Virus record (IMG/VR): IMGVR_UViG_2675903334_000001
Length of the DNA: 64,000 nt
Source: a virus
Lineage: Duplodnaviria > Caudoviricetes
Reading direction: 5' to 3' (one strand)
How positions within the stretch are numbered: the stretch's first letter is position 1; each line of letters starts with the position of its first letter. Of the stretch, positions 17,869 through 27,705 are shown piece after piece. The notes beneath the pieces were generated by a model. It was not told the origin of the DNA, did no database searches, and saw only the letters and a list, made by a program, of their open reading frames with translations. The position numbers were made by a program, and so were the translations under genes.

Positions 17869-18164
17869 ACGTCGAGACATTCTCACTGGCCGAAGTCGCA
17901 GCCGCAGCGCTCCCCAAGCACTGGAAGCACCCCGAGCGGTGGCTCCGTGAGCGGCTGAACCGTGGTGAACTTGTCGGCTACCGTGTCGGACGCGAATGGC
18001 GGCTCACTCGCGACCAGCTCGACGCGTTGATCGCGAAGTGCACCAACGTGGCCGCACCCATCGCTGACCCCGCACCGGCCGCTGATCCTGCACCTGCGCC
18101 GGTGGCGGATCCGTCAGCACTCGGTCTGTCTGCGCGGTCCCGTCGAAAGCTGATCAGCGCATGA
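17865..18164 (+). CDS. Excisionase-like winged-helix DNA-binding protein
   Basis: FSLAEVA...WLRERLNRGELVGYRVGREWRL pattern of Xis/HTH_17. Confidence 0.7.
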   Translation: MNVETFSLAEVAAAALPKHWKHPERWLRERLNRGELVGYRVGREWRLTRDQLDALIAKCTNVAAPIADPAPAADPAPAPVADPSALGLSARSRRKLISA

Positions 18165-18931
18165 GCGGGAGCCTGGCGGTATCGGTCGCCCCATTCGATG
18201 CCCTACGCCACGTCACCCCAAACGGCCGCGAGTACTGGTCGGCGCGCGATCTGATGGCGCCATTTGGATACGGTGCGGACTGGCGCAACTTCGTTGCCGC
18301 GATCAGCCGCGCAAAGATGTCCTGCAATAACTCGGGCACAGACCCGGTGGTGAATTTCGTTGGCGCCACCAAAATCACTGGTACAAAGCCTGCCGAGGAC
18401 TATCACCTGTCGCGATACGCCTGCTATCTCGTAGCGCTCAATGGCGACCCACGCAAGCCTGAGATTGCCGCCGCACAGACCTATTTCGTCATCAAGACGC
18501 GAGAGGCCGAGACCGCAACCGCTGCTCCTGCGCTCTCGGGCCCCGACTTGCTCGCGGCCGCCGTGCTCGAAGCTCAGCGGATGATCGAGGCCAAGGATGC
18601 CCTGATCGCCGAGCTGGAGCCGAAGGCCGACCTTGCGGACACCTACCTCACCGCCCAGGGTGGGGCTCGGCTGATCCGAGAAGCGGCCAAGCTGCTCGGT
18701 ATGCGCGAGCGTGAGTTGCGCCAGTGGCTCGTCGACGAACGGCTGCTCTTCGCCAAGCATGCCCCGTGCGGGGCCATGCAGTACGACCACTACGCACAGT
18801 TCGCTCACTATTTCCAAGCGCACGAGCACGTCGTGGCTCATTCATGGGGCAGTTGTGCCCACTACACCCTGCGCATCTTGCCCCGTGGAATGGAACTCAT
18901 CACCAAACGCCTGGGCGGCAAGCCCAAGTAA
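18161..18931 (+). CDS. Antirepressor (DinD/BRO-like N-terminus, KilAC/ANT C-terminus)
   Basis: EYWSARDL...LSRYACYLVALNGDPRKPEIAAAQTYF and LEPKA...IREAAKLLG motifs. Confidence 0.9.
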   Translation: MSGSLAVSVAPFDALRHVTPNGREYWSARDLMAPFGYGADWRNFVAAISRAKMSCNNSGTDPVVNFVGATKITGTKPAEDYHLSRYACYLVALNGDPRKPEIAAAQTYFVIKTREAETATAAPALSGPDLLAAAVLEAQRMIEAKDALIAELEPKADLADTYLTAQGGARLIREAAKLLGMRERELRQWLVDERLLFAKHAPCGAMQYDHYAQFAHYFQAHEHVVAHSWGSCAHYTLRILPRGMELITKRLGGKPK

Positions 18932-18959
18932 TCGCAAGTCTCACAACTGAATAAGTAAA

Positions 18960-19000
18960 GACGCTGGCGGTCACGTCGCCAAACAGAAACCGCCAGCGTC
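18960..19000 (+). other. Intergenic hairpin, 12-bp perfect stem, 17-nt loop
   Basis: GACGCTGGCGGT / ACCGCCAGCGTC. Confidence 0.7.
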
Positions 19001-19033
19001 CCCTACCAACCAATCCCACTGAGAGGACTTGGC

Positions 19034-19420
19034 ATGACCCAACATATCCCGAGCAGGCCACGCGTGCGCCGACGGCGCCGCGTAAGCGGCTACGACAAGA
19101 TCACCGTGGCCCTGGCTGCTATCGCAGCGCTCGCGGCGATGCTGCTGGCCTCACCACCCTCGCACGCCGACCCGGTGACTGATGACTTCGTGGCCACCAG
19201 CGGTTGGCGGGTGTGCAACGAGCTGGACGCGCAGCCCACTTTCGGGGGTATCCGGTACTCATACCGGGCGCTCTTGGCACGCGGCTACAGCCTCGATCAG
19301 TCCTCGCAGATCATCGTGGGCTCGGTGTCAGTGTGGTGCAAACGCCATGCGCCACTGCTCAAGTCATACATCGACACCTACACCTCGACGCCGCAGCAGA
19401 GCGGAGGTCGGGCGGCATGA
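19034..19420 (+). CDS. Exported DUF732-like protein
   Basis: Signal-like segment ending PSHAD; VC...L...SV..WC pattern. Confidence 0.6.
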   Translation: MTQHIPSRPRVRRRRRVSGYDKITVALAAIAALAAMLLASPPSHADPVTDDFVATSGWRVCNELDAQPTFGGIRYSYRALLARGYSLDQSSQIIVGSVSVWCKRHAPLLKSYIDTYTSTPQQSGGRAA

Positions 19421-19740
19421 CCATCACATTCGACCCCGCGCTGGCATTCGCCGACGCCATGGCCGCGTTCGACGAGGCCGAGCGCGCATGCTCCCCGAGC
19501 GTCGTCGACATCGTGCTGGATCTGGAAATCGCCGACCTGTTTGAGGCCTTGGCCGACAAGGGGATTGCCGTTTTGGTCGCCGATCAGAAGGCCTGGCGTG
19601 AGTCAGTCAAGGTATCGGGGACGGACCCGCGATGTGCCTGGAGTGCCGACGGTGGCGCCGAGGTTGCGCTCGTCGGGTTCTTCACTGATCGCGAGAACCG
19701 TGATGAGGCCAGCGCCGCACTCAAGGCGGGTGCGCGATGA
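19417..19740 (+). CDS. Hypothetical phage protein
   Basis: ATGA-coupled in early operon. Confidence 0.65.
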   Translation: MTITFDPALAFADAMAAFDEAERACSPSVVDIVLDLEIADLFEALADKGIAVLVADQKAWRESVKVSGTDPRCAWSADGGAEVALVGFFTDRENRDEASAALKAGAR

Positions 19741-20147
19741 CCACCCTCCAGTACACCGAGCAGCTGGTGGTCGAGTACTGCTGCGCCTGCAGCATGGCGT
19801 TTGCGGTGCCGGCAGATTTTCAGCGGCGCCGCATGGAAGACCACAAGAGCTACCACTGCCCGGCCGGCCATGGTCAGCACTACTACGGCAAGACCGAGGC
19901 CGAGAAGCAGCGGGAGCGCGCCGAGCGGCTCCAGCGGCAGGTGGAGGCCCGCGAGGCTGACATCCGTTTCGAGCAGCGGCGTCTGGAGTCCGAGCGGCGC
20001 GCGCACGCCGCCACCAAGGGCACGCTGACCAAGACCAAGAAGCGTATCGCCAACGGTGTATGCCCTTGCTGCAACCGCTCATTCGCCAACGTAGCGCGCC
20101 ACGTGGCGGGCCAGCATCCCGACTATCAACCGGGGGGCAACGCGTGA
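19737..20147 (+). CDS. Zinc-binding phage protein (CCxC, CPxGH, C2H2-like CPCC...H...H)
   Basis: Motifs visible in translation. Confidence 0.7.
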   Translation: MTTLQYTEQLVVEYCCACSMAFAVPADFQRRRMEDHKSYHCPAGHGQHYYGKTEAEKQRERAERLQRQVEAREADIRFEQRRLESERRAHAATKGTLTKTKKRIANGVCPCCNRSFANVARHVAGQHPDYQPGGNA

Positions 20148-20404
20148 CCGCCATGACCATCGACGTAGACGAGAGCTACGAGACGAACATGCGCGTTCTC
20201 AAGGGCATGCTGTACCGCCTTGCCGAGGCCGTCCGCGAGATGGACCCCCGCCAGGTGCACCGAGAGCTGGTCTCGATGTGGTTGCGCCATCCGGTCAAGG
20301 CTGCGCAGCTGATGATGGCGCTGGCCATCGGATTCGATCCGGACACCGTGACAACCAAGGTGCTGGACGAGCGCGCCGAGGAAATCGCGGGGGTGGCCGC
20401 GTGA
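20144..20404 (+). CDS. Hypothetical phage protein
   Basis: GTGA-coupled at both ends. Confidence 0.65.
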   Translation: MTAMTIDVDESYETNMRVLKGMLYRLAEAVREMDPRQVHRELVSMWLRHPVKAAQLMMALAIGFDPDTVTTKVLDERAEEIAGVAA

Positions 20405-21321
20405 TCGAGCCCGGATCGGCCGAGTGGCTGAAGGCCATCACCCCATCGAAAGTACCTTCGATCCTTGGCATTTCACGCTGGAAATCGCAGTACACCTTGT
20501 GGCATGAAATGGCCGGAATCATTGAGCCCGCACCGATCTCCGAGGCTCGGCAGGATGACTTCGACTACGGGCACGCGTGCGAGCTGGCGGCGCGCGAGTA
20601 CTGGAAATTCAAGAATCCGGGCTGGCGGATCTCGCAGGGGGAGGTGCAGTGCAGCAACGATGATCTACCGTTTGCGAACCTGGCGACGATCGACTTGCGC
20701 GGTTCTCGGGGCAGCTTGCGCCGCGTTGTCGAGGTCAAGACCGCCAGGGATCTAAGCGAATTCGGCGACGACGGTAGCGGCGAGCTGCCCCGCGACTACG
20801 CCGCCCAGATTCTGGCGCAGATGTTGATCACCGGGTGGCATGAGACCGCCGACCTGGTGTGTTGGGCGCAGTACGGCAAACCGCGCATCTACCACGTGCA
20901 ATGGGACGCCCAAGTTGCCGGTGTCATCGCCGAGCGCTGCCTGCAGTGGGAGCGCTCAATCGTCAGCGGTTCCCGGCCGGCACTGGATAACACGATCTCG
21001 ACCTACGAGACCGTCAAGGCGCTGCACCCGGATATCGACGGCAGCACAGTCGAACTGGCGCCCGAACTTGCCCGCCAGGTGCTCGATTGGTCCAAAGAGC
21101 TCAAGGCTACCGAGAAGACCGTGCTTGGCCTCAAAACGCAGGTGCTCGACGCGATGGGCAATGCGCAGACGGCCGTGGTCGGGGACATCAAGGTCGCCGA
21201 TCGGCGACCCCATGGCCGCGGCGGTGTGGCGTTGGCGCTTGCGCATAAGAACTACGACCAGCTCATGGCCACACACCCGTATCCAGAGCTCGCATCCACA
21301 ACAGAAAGGCAACCCGCATGA
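20401..21321 (+). CDS. YqaJ-like (lambda Exo/RecE-type) recombination exonuclease
   Basis: ITPSKVPSILG...SQY, ATID, VEVKT, Y..Q..Q motifs; upstream of Bet. Confidence 0.88.
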   Translation: MIEPGSAEWLKAITPSKVPSILGISRWKSQYTLWHEMAGIIEPAPISEARQDDFDYGHACELAAREYWKFKNPGWRISQGEVQCSNDDLPFANLATIDLRGSRGSLRRVVEVKTARDLSEFGDDGSGELPRDYAAQILAQMLITGWHETADLVCWAQYGKPRIYHVQWDAQVAGVIAERCLQWERSIVSGSRPALDNTISTYETVKALHPDIDGSTVELAPELARQVLDWSKELKATEKTVLGLKTQVLDAMGNAQTAVVGDIKVADRRPHGRGGVALALAHKNYDQLMATHPYPELASTTERQPA

Positions 21322-22349
21322 CCACCGAAATCGCCACCACAGACACAGGGGCTGATGTCGTTTCGGCCACCGAGACCGCGCTCGTTATCGCCGACAACCA
21401 GATTGAGTTCACGCCGGCTCAGATCGCGGCGCTCAAGCAGCTCGGCGTCGATGATGCCCCGCGCGGGGATCTGGACGTGTTCTTTCACACCGCCAAGCGC
21501 ACCGGCCTGGACCCCTTTAGCAAGCAGATCTACATGATCGGCCGCAACACCAAGGTCGGCGGTTACCGGGGCGAACCGGAGCGCTGGGAGACCAAGTACA
21601 CGATCCAAACCGGCATCGAGGGATACCGCGTGGTCGGTCACCGCATCGCGCGCCGCGAGGCCATCGCCCGCCCCTTGGCCCGCCGCCTGTTCTGCGGACG
21701 TGACGGCATCTGGCGCGACGTTCTGATCGAGGACGGACCCCCGGTGGCCGCCAAGGCAGAAATCACCTGCGATGGCGTGCTCGTCGGGGAGGCGGTCGTC
21801 AAGTTCATCGAGTACGCGCAGACCACGCGGGCAGGCGAGCTGGCGGGCCAGTGGCGCGACAAGCCGACCGTGATGATCGGCAAGTGCGCCGAGGCCGCAG
21901 CGTGGCGCGCCGCCTTCCCGCAGGACTTCGCAGGCGTCTACGAGGCCGCCGAGTTCGACCGCCATCAAGTCATCGATGGCGAAGTTGAACCCGTCCGCGT
22001 CCGTGCCGAGCGTGCCGACCGTGGCGTCCAGGGTGTCGCCGCCGCACTCGGCATCAAGACCGAGACAGTCGACGCCGACACAGCTGCGCCCACCGAACCC
22101 ACGCCCGAGGCGCCGGCCGTCGAGATGATCACTCCGGCCCAATCCAAAAAGCTGTACGCCCTACTGCGCGAGAACGGCCTCGAAGACAAAGAGGCCGCCC
22201 TGGATTGGATCTCGGCGGCGCTACAGCGTCCAGCCGACAACCCGGTTACCAGCACCAAGCACCTCACCAAAGACGATGCGTCGAAACTGATCGCCGCCCT
22301 CGAAAACCGTCCCGACGAAATACCCACCACAACAGAAGGGAATGAATAA
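21318..22349 (+). CDS. Bet/RecT-like single-strand annealing protein
   Basis: AKRTGLDPFSKQIY, QTGIEGYR, W..KP.VMIGKCAEAAAWR.AFP. Confidence 0.92.
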   Translation: MTTEIATTDTGADVVSATETALVIADNQIEFTPAQIAALKQLGVDDAPRGDLDVFFHTAKRTGLDPFSKQIYMIGRNTKVGGYRGEPERWETKYTIQTGIEGYRVVGHRIARREAIARPLARRLFCGRDGIWRDVLIEDGPPVAAKAEITCDGVLVGEAVVKFIEYAQTTRAGELAGQWRDKPTVMIGKCAEAAAWRAAFPQDFAGVYEAAEFDRHQVIDGEVEPVRVRAERADRGVQGVAAALGIKTETVDADTAAPTEPTPEAPAVEMITPAQSKKLYALLRENGLEDKEAALDWISAALQRPADNPVTSTKHLTKDDASKLIAALENRPDEIPTTTEGNE

Positions 22350-22351
22350 CC

Positions 22352-22693
22352 ATGTCCGAGAACGAAACCGAGAAGGCCGAGGAAGGCACCGAGCTAGCGC
22401 CGGGCGACATCACCGAGTTCATCGTCGTCTTCACTCAACTCAACAAGGGCCGCACGCAGGTCGAAGCGACCAAGGCTCTGCATGAGGTCGTTGAGGCTGC
22501 GCTGGCCACCGGCAAGAAGAACGGCAGCCTGACGATCAAGATCAAGGTTGAGCCACTGGAATCCGGCGCGGTAAGTCTGATTCCGGATGTCGTGAGCAGC
22601 CCCGCCAAGGATCCGGCCGGAACGATCTTCTTCGCCGACGGCGAAGGCAGCCTGTCCCGCGATAACGCCGCCATGTACCACGGCCTCAAGTAA
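22352..22693 (+). CDS. Conserved phage protein paired with DUF2303
   Basis: GSLTIKIKVEP...IFFADGEGSLSR motif. Confidence 0.7.
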   Translation: MSENETEKAEEGTELAPGDITEFIVVFTQLNKGRTQVEATKALHEVVEAALATGKKNGSLTIKIKVEPLESGAVSLIPDVVSSPAKDPAGTIFFADGEGSLSRDNAAMYHGLK

Positions 22694-22720
22694 CCCACCA
22701 CCATTGAAGGAGTAATACCC

Positions 22721-23557
22721 ATGTCCGACAACGCTATTGCACTGCCAAAGCACGACACCGATCTGATCGACGAACCCGATGCCGACACCGCGCTGTACCT
22801 CGTCACCGCCAACGGCGAGTCTGGCCTCCAGGCCGAGGTTGTCGACATCCGCGGCAAGGTGCCTGCCGCCTTCCCGCCGCGCGCACCCGAGCGCCGCACC
22901 GTCACCGACACCGCCTCATTCCTGGCCGAGGTCGGCCGTCGCCCGCTGCTCCAAGGGCTCTCGACCGTCTGGGGCAACCGCGACAAGGGCCAAGTCAGCG
23001 TCATCTACAACGAGCTGCCCGCCGACGCGACCGCCGATTACACCCGCCGCAGCGATGCGCTCACCTTGCAGTTCGTCGCCGACCCCGACTGGGCCACCCT
23101 GTTCAACGCCGCCGACGGCAGGTTCCACAGCCAGCTGGAGTTCGGCGATCTGATCGAGCAGGCCGGGCATCTGATCACCAGCCATCCGGCCGCCGATGTC
23201 ATGGAGATCGTCGACAGTATCCGGGCATCGAGTAAGGGGTCGTTTCAGTCTCAGATCAAGCGCGACACCGGAAGCGTGAACCTGACCTACAGCGAGGAAG
23301 TATCGGCCAAGGCGGGCACCGCGACGCGGCAACTGGAGGTGCCGCGCGAAATCACGCTGGCAGCGCGGCCCTTCGAGGACTATCCGCTCATTGAGATCAG
23401 GTGCTGGCTGCGGATCAACGTCTCGCAGGGACAGCTGGGCCTCGGACTATTCCCGCAGCCATACCAGCACCTGGTGCGCGACGCCTGGACGCACAAGACC
23501 GGCGAGCTGGCCGAGGCCCTCAAGGTGCCGGTGTACGCCGCGAACCTGGGCAAGTAG
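22721..23557 (+). CDS. DUF2303 family protein
   Basis: SQLEFGDLIE, SSKGSFQS, PFE motifs. Confidence 0.75.
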   Translation: MSDNAIALPKHDTDLIDEPDADTALYLVTANGESGLQAEVVDIRGKVPAAFPPRAPERRTVTDTASFLAEVGRRPLLQGLSTVWGNRDKGQVSVIYNELPADATADYTRRSDALTLQFVADPDWATLFNAADGRFHSQLEFGDLIEQAGHLITSHPAADVMEIVDSIRASSKGSFQSQIKRDTGSVNLTYSEEVSAKAGTATRQLEVPREITLAARPFEDYPLIEIRCWLRINVSQGQLGLGLFPQPYQHLVRDAWTHKTGELAEALKVPVYAANLGK

Positions 23558-23567
23558 AGGAGACCTG

Positions 23568-24080
23568 ATGTCCCGCAACCTCATCGTCGTAGACCTGGCG
23601 TGCGGATTCTGCGCCAGTCCCACCAAGGGCGGGAATAGGTTCTGCAGCAAGGCCTGCGCGGCACGGCACATGACCAAGGTAAGGAGGGCTGATCCTGACA
23701 CACTGCGCCGTGTCGCGGCTGACCGCCGCAGCTATAGCGGTGCGGACAATCCAAACTATCGCGGTGGCAAGAGTTCTCACCCGCTGTACTACACCTATCG
23801 CGACATGGTCGCCAGGTGCACGCGGCCCACACATCACCGTTGGGCCAGCTATGGCGGGCGGGGCATCACCGTCTGCGACAGATGGCGCAGCGACTTCTGG
23901 ACTTTCGTGCACGACATGGGCGAACGGCCACCCGGCCTCTCGCTCGACCGGATTAATAACGACGGACCGTACTCGCCAGATAACTGCCGGTGGGCCACGA
24001 ATTCGCAGCAATCCAAGAATCGCCGAGCCAGCGCGTACGCCGGTAACCGCAACCGCGCCAAGGCTGGGAGCTTGGCATGA
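23568..24080 (+). CDS. HNH homing-endonuclease-like protein
   Basis: YGGRGITVCDRW...F..DMGERP.GLSLDRINNDGPYSPDNCRWAT. Confidence 0.85.
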   Translation: MSRNLIVVDLACGFCASPTKGGNRFCSKACAARHMTKVRRADPDTLRRVAADRRSYSGADNPNYRGGKSSHPLYYTYRDMVARCTRPTHHRWASYGGRGITVCDRWRSDFWTFVHDMGERPPGLSLDRINNDGPYSPDNCRWATNSQQSKNRRASAYAGNRNRAKAGSLA

Positions 24081-24607
24081 GTCGTCAGCTTGTGGTGTGC
24101 GACATCGAAACCACCGGCCTCGGTCCGCAGTGCGCGCCGATTGAGGTTGCGGCCATCAACGTCGACACCGGCCAAACACTGGCATTCGTCCCGTACATAG
24201 ACTTCAAGGACTACGCCGTCGCGATCGAACCCGGAGCATTCAAGACAAACCGATACTTCGAACGCGGCGTATACGAGGCGATGCTCACCCCCGAGGAGAC
24301 CGGCAAGCATTGGGGGCAATTCGAGGACATGCTGCGCGGCAACACATTCGCAGGCTGCAACCCGGCCTTCGACGCCCGAGTCGCCGCCAGGGCATGCGCA
24401 CCGTCATGGCACTACCGGCTCGCCGACCTGGCCGCCTACGCGGCCCCGGCGCTCGGGCGTGACCCGTCCGGGTTGCCGGGACTGGCCGACGTACTTACCG
24501 CGCTCAACGTCGAGAACCGTTGCCCGCATTCGGCGCTCGGTGACGCCGAGGCCACAGCCAAGGCGTTCGTGAAGCTGCGCGACTTCTACGCGGATATGAC
24601 CCTATGA
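24077..24607 (+). CDS. DnaQ-like DEDDh 3'-5' exonuclease
   Basis: DIETTG, GCNPAFD, HSALGDA. Confidence 0.92.
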   Translation: MSRQLVVCDIETTGLGPQCAPIEVAAINVDTGQTLAFVPYIDFKDYAVAIEPGAFKTNRYFERGVYEAMLTPEETGKHWGQFEDMLRGNTFAGCNPAFDARVAARACAPSWHYRLADLAAYAAPALGRDPSGLPGLADVLTALNVENRCPHSALGDAEATAKAFVKLRDFYADMTL

Positions 24608-25020
24608 GCGCCCCGACAATCGCCCGCTACATCGACGCCACCCCCGTGCGCCAGCACCTGGAGAAGCTGCTGGCGATCGGCTGGACCATCAACGCCGTCG
24701 CGGACGCCAACGGCAGCCCTGGAAGGTTGAATGCTTCGTTGCGCCGGATCCTTCGCGGTCAACAGCGCACATGCGCCCCGCTCACACGCGACCTCGTGAT
24801 GTGGATGGACCCGGAGTTGCCGCCGGAGACCGGAAAGCCGTTCGCACGCAAATGGTCCGAGTACCAGTTCATCGGCGTACCCGACCACGAGGCCGCCCGC
24901 CGCATGGGCATCACCTACGTGTCCATGGTCGAGATGTTGACTCGCAACGGATTCGGCCGTTCAGAACTCCTGATCGAGTTGGCCCGCGAGGAACGCGAGA
25001 AAGCGAAGACCGCCGCGTGA
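24604..25020 (+). CDS. Hypothetical protein, possible HTH
   Basis: Coupled ORF; EAARRMGITYVSM helix-turn-helix-like segment. Confidence 0.6.
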   Translation: MSAPTIARYIDATPVRQHLEKLLAIGWTINAVADANGSPGRLNASLRRILRGQQRTCAPLTRDLVMWMDPELPPETGKPFARKWSEYQFIGVPDHEAARRMGITYVSMVEMLTRNGFGRSELLIELAREEREKAKTAA

Positions 25021-25541
25021 CACTGACCGATGATCAGCGCTGGCTGTTGCGGATGGTGGGCGGGTGGGCCATGCGGGACTGTCTCATCGGCCCCGAGGGC
25101 GTCGCGCATCTGATGCAGTCCTGCTACGGCGGCACCCGTGGCCTAAGCGATGAATACCCTCCTCACCTCAAGGGATTTGAGTGCGGACACGGCAAAATCG
25201 TGTCCAGGGGCATCCCCGTCGTCACCGTGACCACCGCCCAGCTGAACAAGTACGCGCGTTCCCTGCCGGCCGATCTGATCGCCGAGATGCGCGAGTGCGC
25301 CACCGCCGCTCAGCGCAATAACTTACTTCGTCACCAGTTCTGCCACTGCGGGAGCGACCCGTGCGGGTACGCCTACATGGGCGATCGCATCTGCCCGCCG
25401 ACCGAGCAACAAGAGCTCGACGCCCGCACCGAGTACTGGCGCTGCAACGACTGGACCGAGGATCTGCTCGACCGCGCCTTCGGGTTCACCACCGAAGTTG
25501 AGCCGGTCGGACAGCTGGAGTTGTTCGAGGTGCCCGCATGA
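25017..25541 (+). CDS. Hypothetical phage protein
   Basis: GTGA-coupled ORF. Confidence 0.65.
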   Translation: MTLTDDQRWLLRMVGGWAMRDCLIGPEGVAHLMQSCYGGTRGLSDEYPPHLKGFECGHGKIVSRGIPVVTVTTAQLNKYARSLPADLIAEMRECATAAQRNNLLRHQFCHCGSDPCGYAYMGDRICPPTEQQELDARTEYWRCNDWTEDLLDRAFGFTTEVEPVGQLELFEVPA

Positions 25542-25732
25542 AGCATGCGTTCTGCGACCGATGCGTGCGCTACTGCGTCGTGCGCAATCATCGGGACTGC
25601 ATGTGCCACGACTGCGAGTGCGGCATGAATTCCATAGCGGCAATGCTCAATCCGCGTTGGGCACGCCCGATGACGAGCGCCGAGGTCCGACTCGCATATG
25701 CCTGGCTGATGATCGAGAAGGGCGCAGCATGA
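25538..25732 (+). CDS. Small Cys-rich protein
   Basis: CDRC...CMCHDC. Confidence 0.55.
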   Translation: MKHAFCDRCVRYCVVRNHRDCMCHDCECGMNSIAAMLNPRWARPMTSAEVRLAYAWLMIEKGAA

Positions 25733-25899
25733 GCATGCCCGCGCCGGTCGAGACTCCCGAGCCGATCTACCGCTACTACGCACCACAGCGCGAGAAGTGC
25801 CACGGCGGCTGTGGGATTCAGATTCAGCCAGGCGACCTCGTTACCCGACGAGGCGCTGAATTCCGTTGCAACACATGTGCAGAAAGGTGGAGGAAATGA
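25729..25899 (+). CDS. Small Cys-rich protein
   Basis: CHGGC...CNTC; ATGA-coupled. Confidence 0.5.
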   Translation: MSMPAPVETPEPIYRYYAPQREKCHGGCGIQIQPGDLVTRRGAEFRCNTCAERWRK

Positions 25900-26033
25900 T
25901 GGGTGACGACCAAGACGACGAGTTCGTGCTGTGCCGATGCTTCGGTGAGCTCACCCCGGCCGACAAGGCGCGGCGCCTCGGCTGCGACCAGCGCGGCGGA
26001 TGCCCCGAGCTGCGCGACGCGATGGAGTTCTGA
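25896..26033 (+). CDS. Small hypothetical protein
   Basis: GGAGG SD, coupled at both ends. Confidence 0.45.
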   Translation: MMGDDQDDEFVLCRCFGELTPADKARRLGCDQRGGCPELRDAMEF

Positions 26034-26200
26034 TGAATTGGCCCGCATTCGCCCTCACGCTCACCGTGATCGCCACATGGCTGTCCTGGCATGCGTTCGT
26101 ACAAGCACTTCGATACAGCTGGGCTGAGATCGTCTGGCTCGTCACTACCCATGCGCTCGTGCTTGTGGATGCCGCGCTAGTGGGGCTGGTCATTCAATGA
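26033..26200 (+). CDS. Small membrane protein
   Basis: Two hydrophobic segments, TGATG overlap. Confidence 0.5.
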   Translation: MNWPAFALTLTVIATWLSWHAFVQALRYSWAEIVWLVTTHALVLVDAALVGLVIQ

Positions 26201-26325
26201 CCCGCACCCGTGAGAGCTCAGCCGCCTACCGCGACGGCCGGTGCATCGACTGCCTGACCAAGCCGCACAGCCCCGGTCGGCCGCGGTGCGACGAATGCCA
26301 TACGAAATACAGAAGGGGTGAGTGA
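26197..26325 (+). CDS. 42-aa Cys-rich mini-protein, copy 1
   Basis: MTRTRESSAAYRDGRCIDC...CDECH; near-identical copy at 28311. Confidence 0.6.
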   Translation: MTRTRESSAAYRDGRCIDCLTKPHSPGRPRCDECHTKYRRGE

Positions 26326-27380
26326 TGGGCGACAAGACCGGCATCGAATGGACAGATGCGACCTGGAATCCAGTTACAGGCTGCGACAAGGTATCTCCCG
26401 GCTGCGATCACTGCTACGCCGAAACATTCGCCGAACGCTGGCGCGGAACCGAGGGCCACTACTTCGCCACCGGGTTCGACGTGCAGCTGCGACCCGACAA
26501 GCTCGACTTGCCGCTGCGCTGGACCAAACCGCGCAAGGTGTTCGTTAACTCGATGTCAGACCTGTTCCACGACAGGGTTCCTGACGAGTATGTCGCGTCC
26601 GTTTGGGCGATAATGGCGCTCGCGCCGCACCACACGTTCCAGCTGCTCACCAAGCGTCACGGACGCATGCACTCACTCGTAGGATCGTCGAGATTTGCAG
26701 GCCTGGTGTACATGGCCATCAACTCGATGCTGGACCACGGCAACCCGCTCCGTATCAACGACATTGCGATCATGGCCGCACTCGACGGTTTCGCACGTGG
26801 GCAGTTCAAGGTGCTGGACAACGTGCAACTGATTGTGAGCGTCGAAGACCAGAAACGGGCGGAGCTGCGTATCCCCGTGCTGCTAGATACCCCAGCAGCA
26901 GTGCGCGGAATTAGCGGCGAGCCTTTGCTCGGACCGGTTGTAATGAAACAGCATTGGCTACATCCGGTCATGCGTGAGCCGTCCCCAGAGAACAACGCGA
27001 TCGGTCGTCGCATCGGCAAGTCCAACGGCGTCGGTTTCATCGACTGGGTGATCGTCGGCGGCGAGTCTGGGCCCGGCGCAAGGCCGATGCATCCCGACTG
27101 GGTGCGGTCGCTGCGCGATCAGTGCGTGGCGGCTGACGTGCCGTTCCTGTTCAAGCAGTGGGGCGAGCACGAGCCGACCAGCCGTGGCATACGCGGATAC
27201 TCCACCACCGCAGACCGATTCGTGTACACGGACGGCAGTGGATCTATTGCCCTCGCGGATGCGGCCAGCGAGCACAAGGAATCGGGTGCCACCATGCAGC
27301 GCGTCGGCAAGAAGCGCGCCGGCCGCGAGCTGGACGGGCGCACATGGGACCAGTATCCAGAGGCGGTGACCAATGCCTGA
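26325..27380 (+). CDS. DUF5131 (phage Gp37/Gp68) radical-SAM-like protein
   Basis: IEWTDATWNPVTGCDKVSPGCDHCYA, FVNSMSDLFH, DWVIVGGESG, FLFKQWG. Confidence 0.92.
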   Translation: MGDKTGIEWTDATWNPVTGCDKVSPGCDHCYAETFAERWRGTEGHYFATGFDVQLRPDKLDLPLRWTKPRKVFVNSMSDLFHDRVPDEYVASVWAIMALAPHHTFQLLTKRHGRMHSLVGSSRFAGLVYMAINSMLDHGNPLRINDIAIMAALDGFARGQFKVLDNVQLIVSVEDQKRAELRIPVLLDTPAAVRGISGEPLLGPVVMKQHWLHPVMREPSPENNAIGRRIGKSNGVGFIDWVIVGGESGPGARPMHPDWVRSLRDQCVAADVPFLFKQWGEHEPTSRGIRGYSTTADRFVYTDGSGSIALADAASEHKESGATMQRVGKKRAGRELDGRTWDQYPEAVTNA

Positions 27381-27705
27381 CCGCATTGACTGTATCGCCG
27401 CGATCTTGCGCTGCGCTGGCGTTCTACTCCCGAACGACTACACGCCGACATGGGATTACGAACACGCGATTGACGAGCTCGCCGCCAAGATCGACACCGA
27501 ACTGCATCCCCGCATCGAAACCCCCTCGCAGCTGGACTCGCTGCCGTCCTGCACCGTCATACAACGAGATGCGCCGCGCAGCTTGCCGCTCTGGAAGGCC
27601 GACCACTTCTGGTGCCTGGGCGAGCGATTGCTAACCGACCGCGCCGAGGTGAAGTCGCAGCTCCCAGCTCGCGTGCTCTACACCCCGGGAGACGACCATG
27701 CCTGA
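27373..27705 (+). CDS. Hypothetical phage protein
   Basis: Coupled ORF. Confidence 0.6.
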   Translation: MPDRIDCIAAILRCAGVLLPNDYTPTWDYEHAIDELAAKIDTELHPRIETPSQLDSLPSCTVIQRDAPRSLPLWKADHFWCLGERLLTDRAEVKSQLPARVLYTPGDDHA

